A stretch of DNA of 32,000 nucleotides from Haloferax volcanii DS2 (GCF_000025685.1 NC_013967.1:2310001-2342000); one strand, 5' to 3'; counted from the stretch's first letter, positions 18,029 through 26,333 are shown. Notes: generated by a model from the letters alone, not told the origin. Numbers and translations are program-made.

Positions 18029-18152
18029 CTTAAGCGTGTCGGGCTGGCGAAAATCGCCGGCATCGACTGGTCGGCGCGCGGGTCGAATCGACCGCCTCGG
18101 ACGGCGGGACCGCGCTGTGACCCGAATCGCCGCACGTAGTCCGATTCGAAAG

Positions 18153-18160
18153 CTTAAATT
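18153..18160 (+). promoter_or_regulatory. TATA-like box (CTTAAATT) for the tRNA-Val pair
   Basis: This is the only strong TATA-like element upstream of the first tRNA, about 55 nt from the mature 5' end. That implies a leader of about 30 nt. No comparable element precedes the second tRNA. Confidence 0.35.
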
Positions 18161-18215
18161 GTAACCCCGGACAACGGAGAGATGCGTCCGAACGGACGCG
18201 GGAAGCACCGTAACC

Positions 18216-18290
18216 GGGTTGGTGGTCTAGTCTGGTTATGACACCTCCTTGACATGGAGGAGGCCGGCAGTTCAAATCTGCCCCAACCCA
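18216..18290 (+). tRNA. tRNA-Val (anticodon GAC)
   Basis: I folded the cloverleaf by hand. The acceptor stem is GGGTTGG/CCAACCC with discriminator A. The D-arm is GTCT..TGAC. The anticodon stem is CCTCC/GGAGG with loop TTGACAT. The variable loop is 5 nt. The T-arm is GGCAG-TTCAAAT-CTGCC. No CCA is encoded. Confidence 0.93.
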
Positions 18291-18335
18291 CTCCTCTTCC
18301 CGCGTTTCGACGTTCGACGATGTTCGCAACACACC

Positions 18336-18410
18336 GGGTTGGTGGTCTAGTCTGGTTATGACACCTCCTTGACATGGAGGAGGCCGGCAGTTCAAATCTG
18401 CCCCAACCCA
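18336..18410 (+). tRNA. tRNA-Val (anticodon GAC), identical second copy
   Basis: This 75-nt sequence is identical to 18216-18290 and sits exactly 120 nt downstream. Confidence 0.93.
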
Positions 18411-18419
18411 CTTCTCTCC

Positions 18420-18464
18420 GACGCCACGGCCGCGAGAGACCTCTGTGTCTCTCGCGTCGGCGTC
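18420..18464. other. strong GC-rich hairpin/palindrome immediately 3' of the tRNA pair
   Basis: CGCGAGAGAC (18431-18440), loop CTCTGT, then GTCTCTCGCG (18447-18456) form a perfect 10-bp stem. The stem is extended by GACGCC (18420-18425) pairing with GGCGTC (18459-18464). Confidence 0.7.
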
Positions 18465-18471
18465 GTGTACG

Positions 18472-18493
18472 TGGTTCCGGGCAGATTTGAACC
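18472..18493 (-). other. tRNA 3'-end-like fragment (T-loop plus acceptor strand), inverted relative to the tRNA-Val genes
   Basis: The minus strand reads GGTTCAAATCTGCCCGGAACCA. Fourteen nt (GTTCAAATCTGCCC) are identical to the T-arm of the adjacent tRNA-Val. The rest looks like a different acceptor strand plus discriminator. There is no matching 5' half or T-stem partner, so it is not a functional tRNA. Confidence 0.3.
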
Positions 18494-18633
18494 AGCGAGC
18501 GAACGCAGTGAGCGAGTGAGGTTCACGCGAGCGAAGCGAGCGTGCCACCCGACACAGCCCACCACAGCATCCAACCGAACAGACAGCCTCCCGCACCACC
18601 AACCACTATGCCGTCCGCCCGCGAATCCCGCCC

Positions 18634-18783
18634 ATGGCCCTCCTGCAAATTCCCGGCGGCCCCGAACTCGTTATCTTGGCGCTGTTGCTCCTCATCCCGC
18701 TCGCGCTCGTCTATCTGGGCTACAAGCTCGTCCAGTCGCTCCGGGCGTTCGAGGAGGGCAGAGAGGAACAGTCACAGCGGTAG
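18634..18783 (+). CDS. 49-aa single-TM protein with a TatA-like N-terminal pattern (below the ORF-track cutoff)
   Basis: MALLQIPGGPELVILALLLLIPLALVYLGYKLVQSLRAFEEGREEQSQR has GGPEL, a hydrophobic helix and an amphipathic charged tail. It has GC3-rich codon usage. The overlapping 254-aa frame (18542..19306) is Ser/Arg-rich junk. Confidence 0.35.
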   Translation: MALLQIPGGPELVILALLLLIPLALVYLGYKLVQSLRAFEEGREEQSQR

Positions 18784-18787
18784 TCAG

Positions 18788-19297
18788 TCACGACGGCACG
18801 TCGGGTCGGGCGTCGTCGCTTCGACTCTCGGCGGCTCCCGCCGGCGACGCCGACCGCTGTCGCCGGTGGTGCAGACGCGCCAGTTGGAGCGTCACCGCGT
18901 AGCCGACGACGGCGAGGACGGCGGCGAGAACCGTGTTGCCGACGAGCTGTCGGAGGAGGATATCGAGGCCGGAACTGAGCGACACGTCTGCGACCGAGGC
19001 CCCCGAAACCGGCCCGAGCAGATGCGAGCCGAGCCAGAAGCTCGCGCCGTAGACCGCCCACTTGACGGGCGGGTTGAACACGACGAGCGTGGCGACGAGC
19101 GCGAGTCGGCTCGCCCGCTCGACGAAGTAGCCGATGAGGGCGAACAGCGCGAGGGCGGTCCCTGCGGTCGGCATGGCCACGAAGAAGACGCCGAACGCGA
19201 AGCTGGCAGCCACCTCGTGAGGTGTGTGGTCCGCCGCGAACGCTCGTTCGAGGCCGGACCTGACGCGGGGACGAATCGGCGCGAGACGGTCGTACAC
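18788..19297 (-). CDS. DUF2062 family membrane protein
   Basis: GTG start. The sequence HTPHEVAASFAFGVFFVAMPTAGTALALFALIGYFV...NPPVKWAVYGASFWLGSHLLG is typical of DUF2062. Confidence 0.65.
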   Translation of the reverse strand: MYDRLAPIRPRVRSGLERAFAADHTPHEVAASFAFGVFFVAMPTAGTALALFALIGYFVERASRLALVATLVVFNPPVKWAVYGASFWLGSHLLGPVSGASVADVSLSSGLDILLRQLVGNTVLAAVLAVVGYAVTLQLARLHHRRQRSASPAGAAESRSDDARPDVPS

Positions 19298-19371
19298 TCG
19301 ACGTGACTAGATGCGAGACGGCGTTATCAACGCTTCGCCGGGGGTGGGTAGTAATAGCGGTTGCCGTGGGA

Positions 19372-19406
19372 CGACCGGCGACCGGCGACCGGAGACCGGA
19401 TACCGG
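19372..19406. repeat. tandem heptanucleotide repeat (NGACCGG)x5
   Basis: CGACCGG CGACCGG CGACCGG AGACCGG ATACCGG lies in the 112-nt spacer between the CBS gene stop and the DUF2062 start. Confidence 0.9.
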
Positions 19407-19409
19407 CGG

Positions 19410-19847
19410 TCAGCGGAATCGGCGGTCCGACTCCCACTTGTCCTTGAGTTCTATCATCTGGCCGACGCCGCGGGCCACGTCCGAGAGGTGGAAGGCGATG
19501 TCCGTGGCGGTCACGATGCCGACCATCTCCGAGCCGTCGACGACGACGAGCTTTTTCACCCGGTTTTCGCGCATCTTCTCGGCGGCCACGCGCGTCGTGG
19601 AGTCCGGCCGAATCCACTTGATGGGACTCGACATGACCGCGCGGGTCGGGACCGCAGAAAGCGGCTTTCCGCTCGCCACGCCGGCGCGGAGCGCGTCCGA
19701 TTCGGTGACGATACCCGCGGGACCGCCGTCGGCCATCACGACGACGCTCCCCGCGCCCTCGCGGAGCATGGTCTGCGCGCAGTCCGCGACGCTCGACCCC
19801 AGTTCGACGGTCGCCACCTCCTCGGTCATGATGTCGTCGACGCGCAT
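19410..19847 (-). CDS. CBS-pair domain protein (stand-alone, 145 aa)
   Basis: Two CBS motifs are present: IMTEEVATVELGSSVADCAQTMLREGAGSVVVMADGGPAGIVTESD and VMSSPIKWIRPDSTTRVAAEKMRENRVKKLVVVDGSEMVGIVTATD. The ATG lies 1 nt after the transducer stop. Confidence 0.85.
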   Translation of the reverse strand: MRVDDIMTEEVATVELGSSVADCAQTMLREGAGSVVVMADGGPAGIVTESDALRAGVASGKPLSAVPTRAVMSSPIKWIRPDSTTRVAAEKMRENRVKKLVVVDGSEMVGIVTATDIAFHLSDVARGVGQMIELKDKWESDRRFR

Positions 19848-19848
19848 C

Positions 19849-22152
19849 TCAGTCGTCCGCGGGCGAGGGTTCTCGGTCGGGGTTCGACTCGGGTGCGGGA
19901 CGACCCCGGTCCGCGTCGGTGGCCGCCTCCGCGTCCGCCTCGTCGCCGAGCACGTCGTCGACGGCCGCGGCCACGTCGCCGCCGTCGTCGACCTCGAACG
20001 CGTCGAGGAGGTCGTCGAGGTGACTCACGTGCGACGAGAGTTCGCGCACGTCCCCGTTGACGTCGACGAGCGCGGCGCTCTGTTCTTGGGCGGTCGCGGA
20101 GACGTTCTCGGCCTCCGCGGCGGTTTCCTCGGAGATGCCCGCGATTTCGTCGGTCATCGAGAGCACCTCTTGGGAGGTGTCGGCCTGACTGCCCGTGGCG
20201 TCGGAAATCTCGTGGACGCTCGCGGTCGTCTCCTCGACGCGCTCGACGATACCGTCGAAGGAGGACAGCGCCTCGTCGACCGAGGTTGCGCTCTCTTCGA
20301 CCTGCGCCTGCATGCGCTCGATGCGGGAGACGACGGCGTCGCGCTGGGCCTCGATTTCGGTGACGAGCGACTCGATGTCGCCCGCCGAGGATTTCGTCTC
20401 CTGTGCGAGCTGTTTGACCTCGTTGGAGACGACGGCGAACCCCTCGCCGGCCTCGCCGGCGCGGGCGGCCTCGATGTTCGCGTTGAGCGCGAGGATGTCG
20501 GTCTGCTCCGCGATGTCGGTGATGACCTCGACGATTTCCTCGATTTGGGCGAGGCGGTCGTCGAGTTCGCGGACCTCGCTGACGGTCGCCTCCGTCTCGG
20601 CGCGCACGGCGTCGATGTCGTCGAGGGCGTCGGTGGCGGCGGTCTGGCCGTCGAGCGAGCGGGCCTCGGCCTCCTCGGTGAGTCGGACGAGTTCGTCGGC
20701 CGACGAGGCAATCTGCTGGATGGACGCCGAGAGGTCGTTTATTTCGTCGGCGGCGGCGACGAGACTGTCGGTCTGCTCGCTCGCGCCCTCGGAAATCTGC
20801 TGGACCGACGCCGACACCTCCTCGCTCGCGGCGGACACGTCGTCGGCGCGGTCGGCCACGCGGTCCGCGAGCGTCGCCACGTCCTCGCCGAAGGTCTTGA
20901 CCGTGCCGACGGTCTGTTCGATATCGTCCATCATCTCGTTGTACGCGGCGGCGACGGTCGCCATGTCGCGGCTCTCGGAGTCGGTCGGGAGGCGGACGCG
21001 CAGGTCGCCGTCGGCCGCGCGGGTCATCGCCTCGCTGTAAGCGCGAGCGTCGGCGCGCTGGTCGCGGAGGTCGTCCCGGAGGTTGCCGATGCCGCGGACG
21101 ACCTGTCCGAACTCGTCGGTGCGGTCGGTTTCGAGTGCCACGTCGAGGTCGCCGTCGCGGAGCGCGGAGACGGTCGACGCGAGGTCGACGAGCGGGCGCG
21201 CGGTGTTCCCGCGGATGATGAGCGCGAAGACGACGAATCCGAGGACCGAGAGTGCGAGCAGCGTCGCAATCCCGAGACCGACGCTTCGCGAGAGCGCGAA
21301 GACGCTGCTCGCGGGGGCGTGCAGGAGGAGCACGCCGCCGGAGACGGGGACGTGCGCGACGACGTGCGGCGAGGAGACGAAGCCCTCGACGGGGGCGAGG
21401 CGGGTGACGCCCGTCTCGCCGGCGAAGGCGGCGTCGAGTTCGGACGCCTCGGCGGCGGGATAGGCGACGTTCGACCGGCCGCCGCCCCCGTCGTAGAGGA
21501 CGTTTCCGTCGGTCGTCACGAGTTGGGTGAAGCCGCCGTCAATGTGGTTCCCGTCGAGCGCGGCCCCGAGCGAGGACGCCTCGGCGACGAGGACGATTGC
21601 GCGGGGTTCGATGGACGGGAGCGGCGCGACGAAGCCCATGTAGGCGACGCCGTCTTCGACGTAGACGGTCGTTCGTTCGACGCCGTCGTCCGAGAGGTCG
21701 GCGCTCGCGGGGAGCGGAAGCGACCCGTCTTCGAACAGCGTCGTCCCGACCGCGCCCTCCTCGGACGAGCCGATGACCGCCGTCGTCTCGGTGTTGACGA
21801 AGTGGAGCGCGGCCACGTCCGCGGGCATGTCCTCTTTCGCGGCCGTCAGCGTCGCCGAGGAGCGCCCATCGAGGGTGCTGCCGGCGGAGGGGTCGTCGGC
21901 GACGATACCCACGAGGCGTTCGCGCTCGTCGAACCAGGTGTTCGCCTGCAAGGCCTCGCGTTCGGCCTCGGTGAGCAGGTCGGCGCGGGCATCCGCGTCT
22001 ATCGTGGACGCCGTCTGTTGATACTGGACGATTCCGACGCCGGCGACGAGGACTGAAACGAGCAGCATCGCGGCGACGAGTCGCCGCGTGTAGCTCTCCG
22101 TAATCGCATCAGGAAGCCGTGATTCGACCTCCAAAACGAGATTCTCGGCCAT
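19849..22152 (-). CDS. methyl-accepting chemotaxis transducer (Htr-type)
   Basis: The domain order is TM1, an extracytoplasmic domain of about 245 aa, TM2, two HAMP-like segments and a signalling domain. The start was chosen at MAENLVLE because a TATA box lies 24 nt upstream. TM1 is about residues 24-44 and TM2 about residues 291-313. The HAMP-like segments include [19 protein letters not shown]... and [14 protein letters not shown].... The MCP signalling domain contains [43 protein letters not shown]. Confidence 0.9.
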   Translation of the reverse strand: MAENLVLEVESRLPDAITESYTRRLVAAMLLVSVLVAGVGIVQYQQTASTIDADARADLLTEAEREALQANTWFDERERLVGIVADDPSAGSTLDGRSSATLTAAKEDMPADVAALHFVNTETTAVIGSSEEGAVGTTLFEDGSLPLPASADLSDDGVERTTVYVEDGVAYMGFVAPLPSIEPRAIVLVAEASSLGAALDGNHIDGGFTQLVTTDGNVLYDGGGGRSNVAYPAAEASELDAAFAGETGVTRLAPVEGFVSSPHVVAHVPVSGGVLLLHAPASSVFALSRSVGLGIATLLALSVLGFVVFALIIRGNTARPLVDLASTVSALRDGDLDVALETDRTDEFGQVVRGIGNLRDDLRDQRADARAYSEAMTRAADGDLRVRLPTDSESRDMATVAAAYNEMMDDIEQTVGTVKTFGEDVATLADRVADRADDVSAASEEVSASVQQISEGASEQTDSLVAAADEINDLSASIQQIASSADELVRLTEEAEARSLDGQTAATDALDDIDAVRAETEATVSEVRELDDRLAQIEEIVEVITDIAEQTDILALNANIEAARAGEAGEGFAVVSNEVKQLAQETKSSAGDIESLVTEIEAQRDAVVSRIERMQAQVEESATSVDEALSSFDGIVERVEETTASVHEISDATGSQADTSQEVLSMTDEIAGISEETAAEAENVSATAQEQSAALVDVNGDVRELSSHVSHLDDLLDAFEVDDGGDVAAAVDDVLGDEADAEAATDADRGRPAPESNPDREPSPADD

Positions 22153-22176
22153 TACCGTACCGACCCGAATGCGATG

Positions 22177-22182
22177 TATAAA
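22177..22182 (-). promoter_or_regulatory. canonical archaeal TATA box (TTTATA on the minus strand) for the transducer gene
   Basis: It lies 24 nt upstream of ATG 22152, which is the geometry of a leaderless transcript. Confidence 0.5.
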
Positions 22183-22351
22183 CCCGCGCGTCAGAGTATC
22201 AAACGAGATAATAGACTGTCGCGGCGACGGTCGAAAAGCCACCGACGAGCGCAGAACACGGGCCGGGTGGGCCAGACCGTCCCGAACCAAGCGTCAGCCA
22301 TACGACTGTTGAGCGCTAACAACCCACATAGAAACCGAGTTCCGCCTGCTC

Positions 22352-22621
22352 GTGGCGGGCTTCTGCATCGTCGCGCCGTCGCTGCTGTTCGTCGGCTTCG
22401 TCAGACTGCTCGACGCCATGCGCGAGGACGCCCTCGTCGAGCGCGTCCTCGACGGGGTCGACGAGGGCGACGGGCCGACCGGGACGGCGCTCGACCCGAC
22501 GATGTTCCTGCGGTCCGCAGGGGAGCGGTCGCGCCGGCGGACCGCGGTCTGCCGGGAGTGCGGCGCGCCGAACGCGACCGACGGCGGGCGCTGTGGGCCG
22601 TGCGGGGCTGGGTTGCGATAG
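22352..22621 (+). CDS. small protein with an N-terminal hydrophobic segment and a C-terminal zinc-ribbon (CxxC...CxxC)
   Basis: VAGFCIVAPSLLFVGFVRLL...VCRECGAPNATDGGRCGPCGAGLR. The GTG at 22352 is the first start codon after the in-frame stop at 22310. The middle of the protein is acidic. Confidence 0.45.
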   Translation: MAGFCIVAPSLLFVGFVRLLDAMREDALVERVLDGVDEGDGPTGTALDPTMFLRSAGERSRRRTAVCRECGAPNATDGGRCGPCGAGLR

Positions 22622-22624
22622 CGC

Positions 22625-22660
22625 AAAAAAAGACGAGAAAACCGAAAACCGCTTCGGGCG
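22625..22660 (-). terminator. oligo-T terminator of sucCD
   Basis: Directly after the sucD stop, the minus strand reads CTTCGCCCGAAGCGGTTTTCGGTTTTCTCGTCTTTTTTTGC. This is a short hairpin followed by T4, T4 and T7 runs. Confidence 0.55.
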
Positions 22661-22663
22661 AAG

Positions 22664-23533
22664 TTAGAGGAAGTCTTCGATGTGGTCGGCAACCTCGTTG
22701 GGAGTGTCACCGACGGGGACGCTCGCGTCGTTGAGGGCGGAAATCTTGGACTCAGCGGTGCCCGTGCCCGACCCGGAGACGATAGCGCCGGCGTGACCCA
22801 TGCGCTTGCCCGGCGGTGCCGTGCGGCCGGCGATGAAGCCGGCGACGGGCGTGTCCATGTTCTCCGCGATGTACTTCGCGGCCTGCTCTTCGTCTTCGCC
22901 GCCGATTTCGCCGCACATGACGACGGCGTGCGTGTCGGGGTCGTTCTCGAACGCTTCGAGAGCGTCGACGAACGACGTGCCGATGATGGGGTCGCCGCCG
23001 ATGCCGATGGCGGTGGTCTGGCCGATGCCGCGCTCGGTCAGGTTCGAGACGACTTGGTAGGTGAGCGTGCCGGAGCGAGAGACGAGGCCGACGTTACCCT
23101 CCTCGAAGATGTTGCCGGGGAGGATGCCGAGTTTGGCCTCGCCGGGCGTGATGATGCCCGGACAGTTGGGGCCGATGAGGCGCGTGTCGGTCTCAGACAG
23201 GCGCTTGTTGACCTTGGCCATGTCCTGCGTCGGGACGCCCTCGGTGATGGCGACCACGAGGTCGAGGTCCGTGTCGAGCGCCTCGAAGATGGCGTCGCCG
23301 GCGAACGCCGGCGGGACGAACACGACGGAGGCGTTGGCGTCTTCCTCGTCGACCGCCTCTTCGACGGTGTCGTAGACGGGGATGCCGTCGACGTCCTGAC
23401 CGCCCTTTCCGGGGGAGGTCCCGGCGACGACGTTCGTGCCGTATTCGACCATCTGCCGGGTGTGGAACTTGCCTTCGCCACCCGTGATACCCTGTACAAC
23501 CACTCGCGTGTCGTCGTCGACGAAAATACTCAT
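22664..23533 (-). CDS. sucD: succinate--CoA ligase (ADP-forming) subunit alpha
   Basis: [34 protein letters not shown]...[17 protein letters not shown]...SRSGTLTY...RMGHAGAI contains the phosphohistidine loop. The ATG overlaps the sucC stop. Confidence 0.95.
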   Translation of the reverse strand: MSIFVDDDTRVVVQGITGGEGKFHTRQMVEYGTNVVAGTSPGKGGQDVDGIPVYDTVEEAVDEEDANASVVFVPPAFAGDAIFEALDTDLDLVVAITEGVPTQDMAKVNKRLSETDTRLIGPNCPGIITPGEAKLGILPGNIFEEGNVGLVSRSGTLTYQVVSNLTERGIGQTTAIGIGGDPIIGTSFVDALEAFENDPDTHAVVMCGEIGGEDEEQAAKYIAENMDTPVAGFIAGRTAPPGKRMGHAGAIVSGSGTGTAESKISALNDASVPVGDTPNEVADHIEDFL

Positions 23534-24675
23534 TGGGACACCTCCTGTGCGTTCTCGACGGCACGCTGGACGGCGTCCTCCAGCGTCCCTTCGACCTGTA
23601 CGAGGTCCGTGTTCAGAATCTCCATCCCCTCCTCGGCGTTCGTGCCCGCGAGGCGGACGACGACCGGCTTGGGAATCTCGTCGAAGCTCTCCAGCGCCTC
23701 GTTGATACCCTTGGCGACCTCGTCGCCGCGGGTGATGCCGCCGAAGATGTTGAACACGACGGAGTCGACGTTCTCGTCGGAGAAGACCATGTCCAGCGCG
23801 TTCGCCACGCGCTCGGCCTTCGCGCCGCCACCGATGTCGAGGAAGTTGGCGGGTTCGCCGCCGAAGTAGTCCACGAGGTCGAGCGTCGTCATGACGAGCC
23901 CGGCACCGTTGCCGATGATGCCGACGTTACCCGACAGGCGGACGTAGTCGAAGCCGTACTCGCCGGCCTTGGCTTCGAGGTCGTTCTCGTAGGCGTCCTC
24001 TTCCATCGCCGCGAGGTCGTCGTGGCGGAACAGGGCGTCGTCGTCGATGTTCATGACGGCGTCCGCGGCGACGATGTCGCGGTCGGACGTAATCATGACG
24101 GGGTTGATTTCGATGTCCGAGGCGTCGTTCGACTCGTAGAGGTCGTACAGCGTCGTGAGGAACGAGGCCACGTCGAAGGCCACGTCGCGGGGGATGCCCG
24201 CCTCGAAGACGACCTTGCGGGCCTGATAGGGGTGCAGGCCGAACGCGGGGTCGATGTGTTCGCGGGCGATTGCGTCCGGGTTCTCCTCTGCGACTTCCTC
24301 GATGTTGACGCCACCCTCCGTCGAGACCATCGCGACGGGCTTGCCCTCGCTTCGGTCCATCGTGACGCCGACGTACAGTTCGTTTTCGAAGTCGACGCCG
24401 GCCTCGACGAGCACTCGGTCGACCGTGTAGCCCTTGAGGTCCATCCCGAGGATGTCCTCTGCGGCCTGTCGCGCCTCGTCCTCGTCCGTGGCGATTTTGA
24501 TGCCACCGGCCTTGCCACGCCCACCGACGTGTACCTGCGCCTTGATGGCGGCGGGGTATCCGATCTCCTCGACCGCCTCCATGACCTCCTCTACCGACGA
24601 CGCGAGACGGGACTCTGGCACCGGAATCCCAGCCTCTGCGAAGATGTCCTTCGCCTGGTATTCGTGAAGCTTCAT
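23530..24675 (-). CDS. sucC: succinate--CoA ligase subunit beta (alternative start MVM... at 24681)
   Basis: [20 protein letters not shown]...[20 protein letters not shown]...[18 protein letters not shown]...[13 protein letters not shown]. Confidence 0.93.
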   Translation of the reverse strand: MKLHEYQAKDIFAEAGIPVPESRLASSVEEVMEAVEEIGYPAAIKAQVHVGGRGKAGGIKIATDEDEARQAAEDILGMDLKGYTVDRVLVEAGVDFENELYVGVTMDRSEGKPVAMVSTEGGVNIEEVAEENPDAIAREHIDPAFGLHPYQARKVVFEAGIPRDVAFDVASFLTTLYDLYESNDASDIEINPVMITSDRDIVAADAVMNIDDDALFRHDDLAAMEEDAYENDLEAKAGEYGFDYVRLSGNVGIIGNGAGLVMTTLDLVDYFGGEPANFLDIGGGAKAERVANALDMVFSDENVDSVVFNIFGGITRGDEVAKGINEALESFDEIPKPVVVRLAGTNAEEGMEILNTDLVQVEGTLEDAVQRAVENAQEVSQ

Positions 24676-24703
24676 TACCATGCGTGGGAGGGAAAGGCAC
24701 GCG

Positions 24704-24710
24704 CTTAAAT
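24704..24710 (-). promoter_or_regulatory. TATA-like box (ATTTAAG on the minus strand) for sucCD
   Basis: It lies 28 nt upstream of ATG 24675 and 22 nt upstream of ATG 24681. Confidence 0.4.
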
Positions 24711-24850
24711 CCCATTCATCTACGTTCAGGGTCGACGGTGTCAGACTCTCCTCATAGCTAACTCGTTTTGCATATATGCGGTCTATGAGGTCTGAGCAGC
24801 ACACGTAGAGGCAGATGAACTAGACGCTCTGGATAGGAAAACACTCTTGG

Positions 24851-24856
24851 ATATAT
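24851..24856 (+). promoter_or_regulatory. TATA box (ATATAT) of the orphan ORF at 24880
   Basis: It lies 23 nt upstream of ATG 24880, the same spacing seen at the other putative leaderless promoters in this window. Confidence 0.35.
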
Positions 24857-24879
24857 GCAACCCTCTATGGTACACAGAG

Positions 24880-25020
24880 ATGAACCCAGATACGCTGGAT
24901 CTAATCAGCAAGAACATCGAGAGAAACCACGATAAATACGTGGCGATGGGTTCACCCGGTGAGGTCACCGAGGACAAAGACTCAGTACCTCACAAAGCAT
25001 CCTCGGCTAGCTGTTTCTGA
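24880..25020 (+). pseudogene. 5' fragment of an unknown gene, truncated by or fused to the IS end
   Basis: MNPDTLDLISKNIERNHDKYVAMGSPGEVTEDKD (34 codons) runs exactly to the IS boundary at 24982. It then continues for 12 IS-encoded codons to TGA 25018-25020. I recognise no family. Confidence 0.3.
24982..24998. repeat. IS terminal inverted repeat (transposase-distal end)
   Basis: TCAGTACCTCACAAAGC is the reverse complement of 26365-26381 with one mismatch. Confidence 0.8.
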
Positions 25021-25166
25021 AGCCTGAGTTCTGTGGCGGAGCGGTTGGACTGGCGGTTTCGACGACAGAATCATGGACGGATCGGCGGAGAGCCGTCGCT
25101 GTCGGCGGCGGCTGCCGCCGACGCGACAGCGTCGCCACTCCCACCGTTGGCTAGCCCGGTCGGGAG

Positions 25167-26333
25167 TTACCGGTGGAACCGGTCGTCCGGTGGCCGGTTC
25201 GCGGGGACGGCCCGACGCGTCGCGAGGGCCGTCCACGCTGCCCGTCGGATCATGTTGATGAACTCCTTGAATGGCCACTGCCAGAGGCGACGCCCGCCTC
25301 GGCGGGGCGTCGCCACGTACTCCCAGTGCAGATACCGCCACACGTTCTGTAACAGCAAGCTCACCACGACGTACAGCAGCCGTACAACCGGATTTTGTGT
25401 CGAGGTCGTCGCGATACTTTGTTCAGAGAGTCGATAGCTTGCCTCGATACCGAAGCGTTTCGCGTAGTGGTATCGAGCGTCTCGTGGTGAGTCGATGAAC
25501 GGCGCGTCAGCGGCGTAGCCGTGACGCGCCACCCCATGTTCGTCGTACCGTCCGTTCTGGTAGGTACAGTCGATGTAGACGGGGAACTCGACGGTCCAGC
25601 TGTGACCGTCGAGTCTCGCCGTCAGACTGTGCTGAATCACGCGACTCCACCCTTCTGAGAGTTCTCGCTTGATCGTCCGTCCCCAGCGGACGATCGGCAT
25701 GACGTACGCGTGGTTGTGCGCCTGAAGCAGCGTCAAACACTTGCTGTCGTAGAATTCGCGGTCAAGATAGACGGCCTTGACACCGAGGTCAAGGCCGTCG
25801 AGAATACCGAGGAACTCTGCGAGGACACTGCTGGCGGTGTCGCCGTCTTCGAGACGGCGCACCGCCAGCGTGTAGCGTTTGTTCTTCACGCGTGCGTACA
25901 GCGTCGCGTAGGCGTGGAACGCGGTGGTTCCACGCTTCGCTTGTGAGTGATACAGGCCGTCCGTGTCGTCTTCGTCACCATAGTAGGGCCGCAGGTGGAG
26001 GTCTGCGCAGACCTCCACCTGCTGGGGAAGGACGTCGAGAACGTCTTTCTGGAGGAGCATGTTGCCAACCTGTTCGAGCGTTTCTAGATCGAATTTAGTG
26101 CGGAGATGGTAGAGAACGGAGTTTTCGTGGGGTGCATCTTCGCTTCTCTCACAGAGCGTTGAGACCGAGGTCCCGTCGGCGCAGGCGCCGACGAGGACCT
26201 CGTAGATGTCTTCAGCATCGAGTTCAGCGTTTTCAGCGAGTGAGAGAGCAACTTCCTCGTCAAGAGAGTTGACGAGGAAGTTAAGGAGCTGGTCCTCGTG
26301 GATTTCATCGTCTGCTTGCTGGGTTTTAGACAC
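25167..26333 (-). CDS. DDE transposase, ISH3-family-like
   Basis: The ORF contains LRPYYGDEDDTDGLYHSQAKRGTTAFHAYATLYA, AVYLDREFYD and the Y-x2-R-x3-E block YAKRFGIEASYR. It ends ...VPANRPPDDRFHR. The whole sequence matches my memory of proteins annotated as ISH3 family transposase in haloarchaea. Confidence 0.8.
   Translation of the reverse strand: MSKTQQADDEIHEDQLLNFLVNSLDEEVALSLAENAELDAEDIYEVLVGACADGTSVSTLCERSEDAPHENSVLYHLRTKFDLETLEQVGNMLLQKDVLDVLPQQVEVCADLHLRPYYGDEDDTDGLYHSQAKRGTTAFHAYATLYARVKNKRYTLAVRRLEDGDTASSVLAEFLGILDGLDLGVKAVYLDREFYDSKCLTLLQAHNHAYVMPIVRWGRTIKRELSEGWSRVIQHSLTARLDGHSWTVEFPVYIDCTYQNGRYDEHGVARHGYAADAPFIDSPRDARYHYAKRFGIEASYRLSEQSIATTSTQNPVVRLLYVVVSLLLQNVWRYLHWEYVATPRRGGRRLWQWPFKEFINMIRRAAWTALATRRAVPANRPPDDRFHR

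Noticed and set aside
18030-18602. ORFs of 190, 85 and 177 aa crossing the tRNA region, and a CRISPR-like 120-nt periodicity
   Set aside because: The repeated peptide segments arise from translating the two identical tRNA-Val genes. There are only two repeat units, and each folds into a complete cloverleaf. This is not a CRISPR array.
19303-22056. 917-aa ORF on the plus strand
   Set aside because: It is antisense to the transducer and CBS genes. It has Arg/Gly/Val-rich composition and no recognisable motifs. This is a mirror ORF artefact of high GC content.
24783-24977. 64-aa minus-strand ORF left of the IS
   Set aside because: It has Ser/Phe/Leu-rich low-complexity sequence and no promoter geometry. 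It is antisense to the better-supported plus-strand fragment that has a TATA box at the correct spacing.
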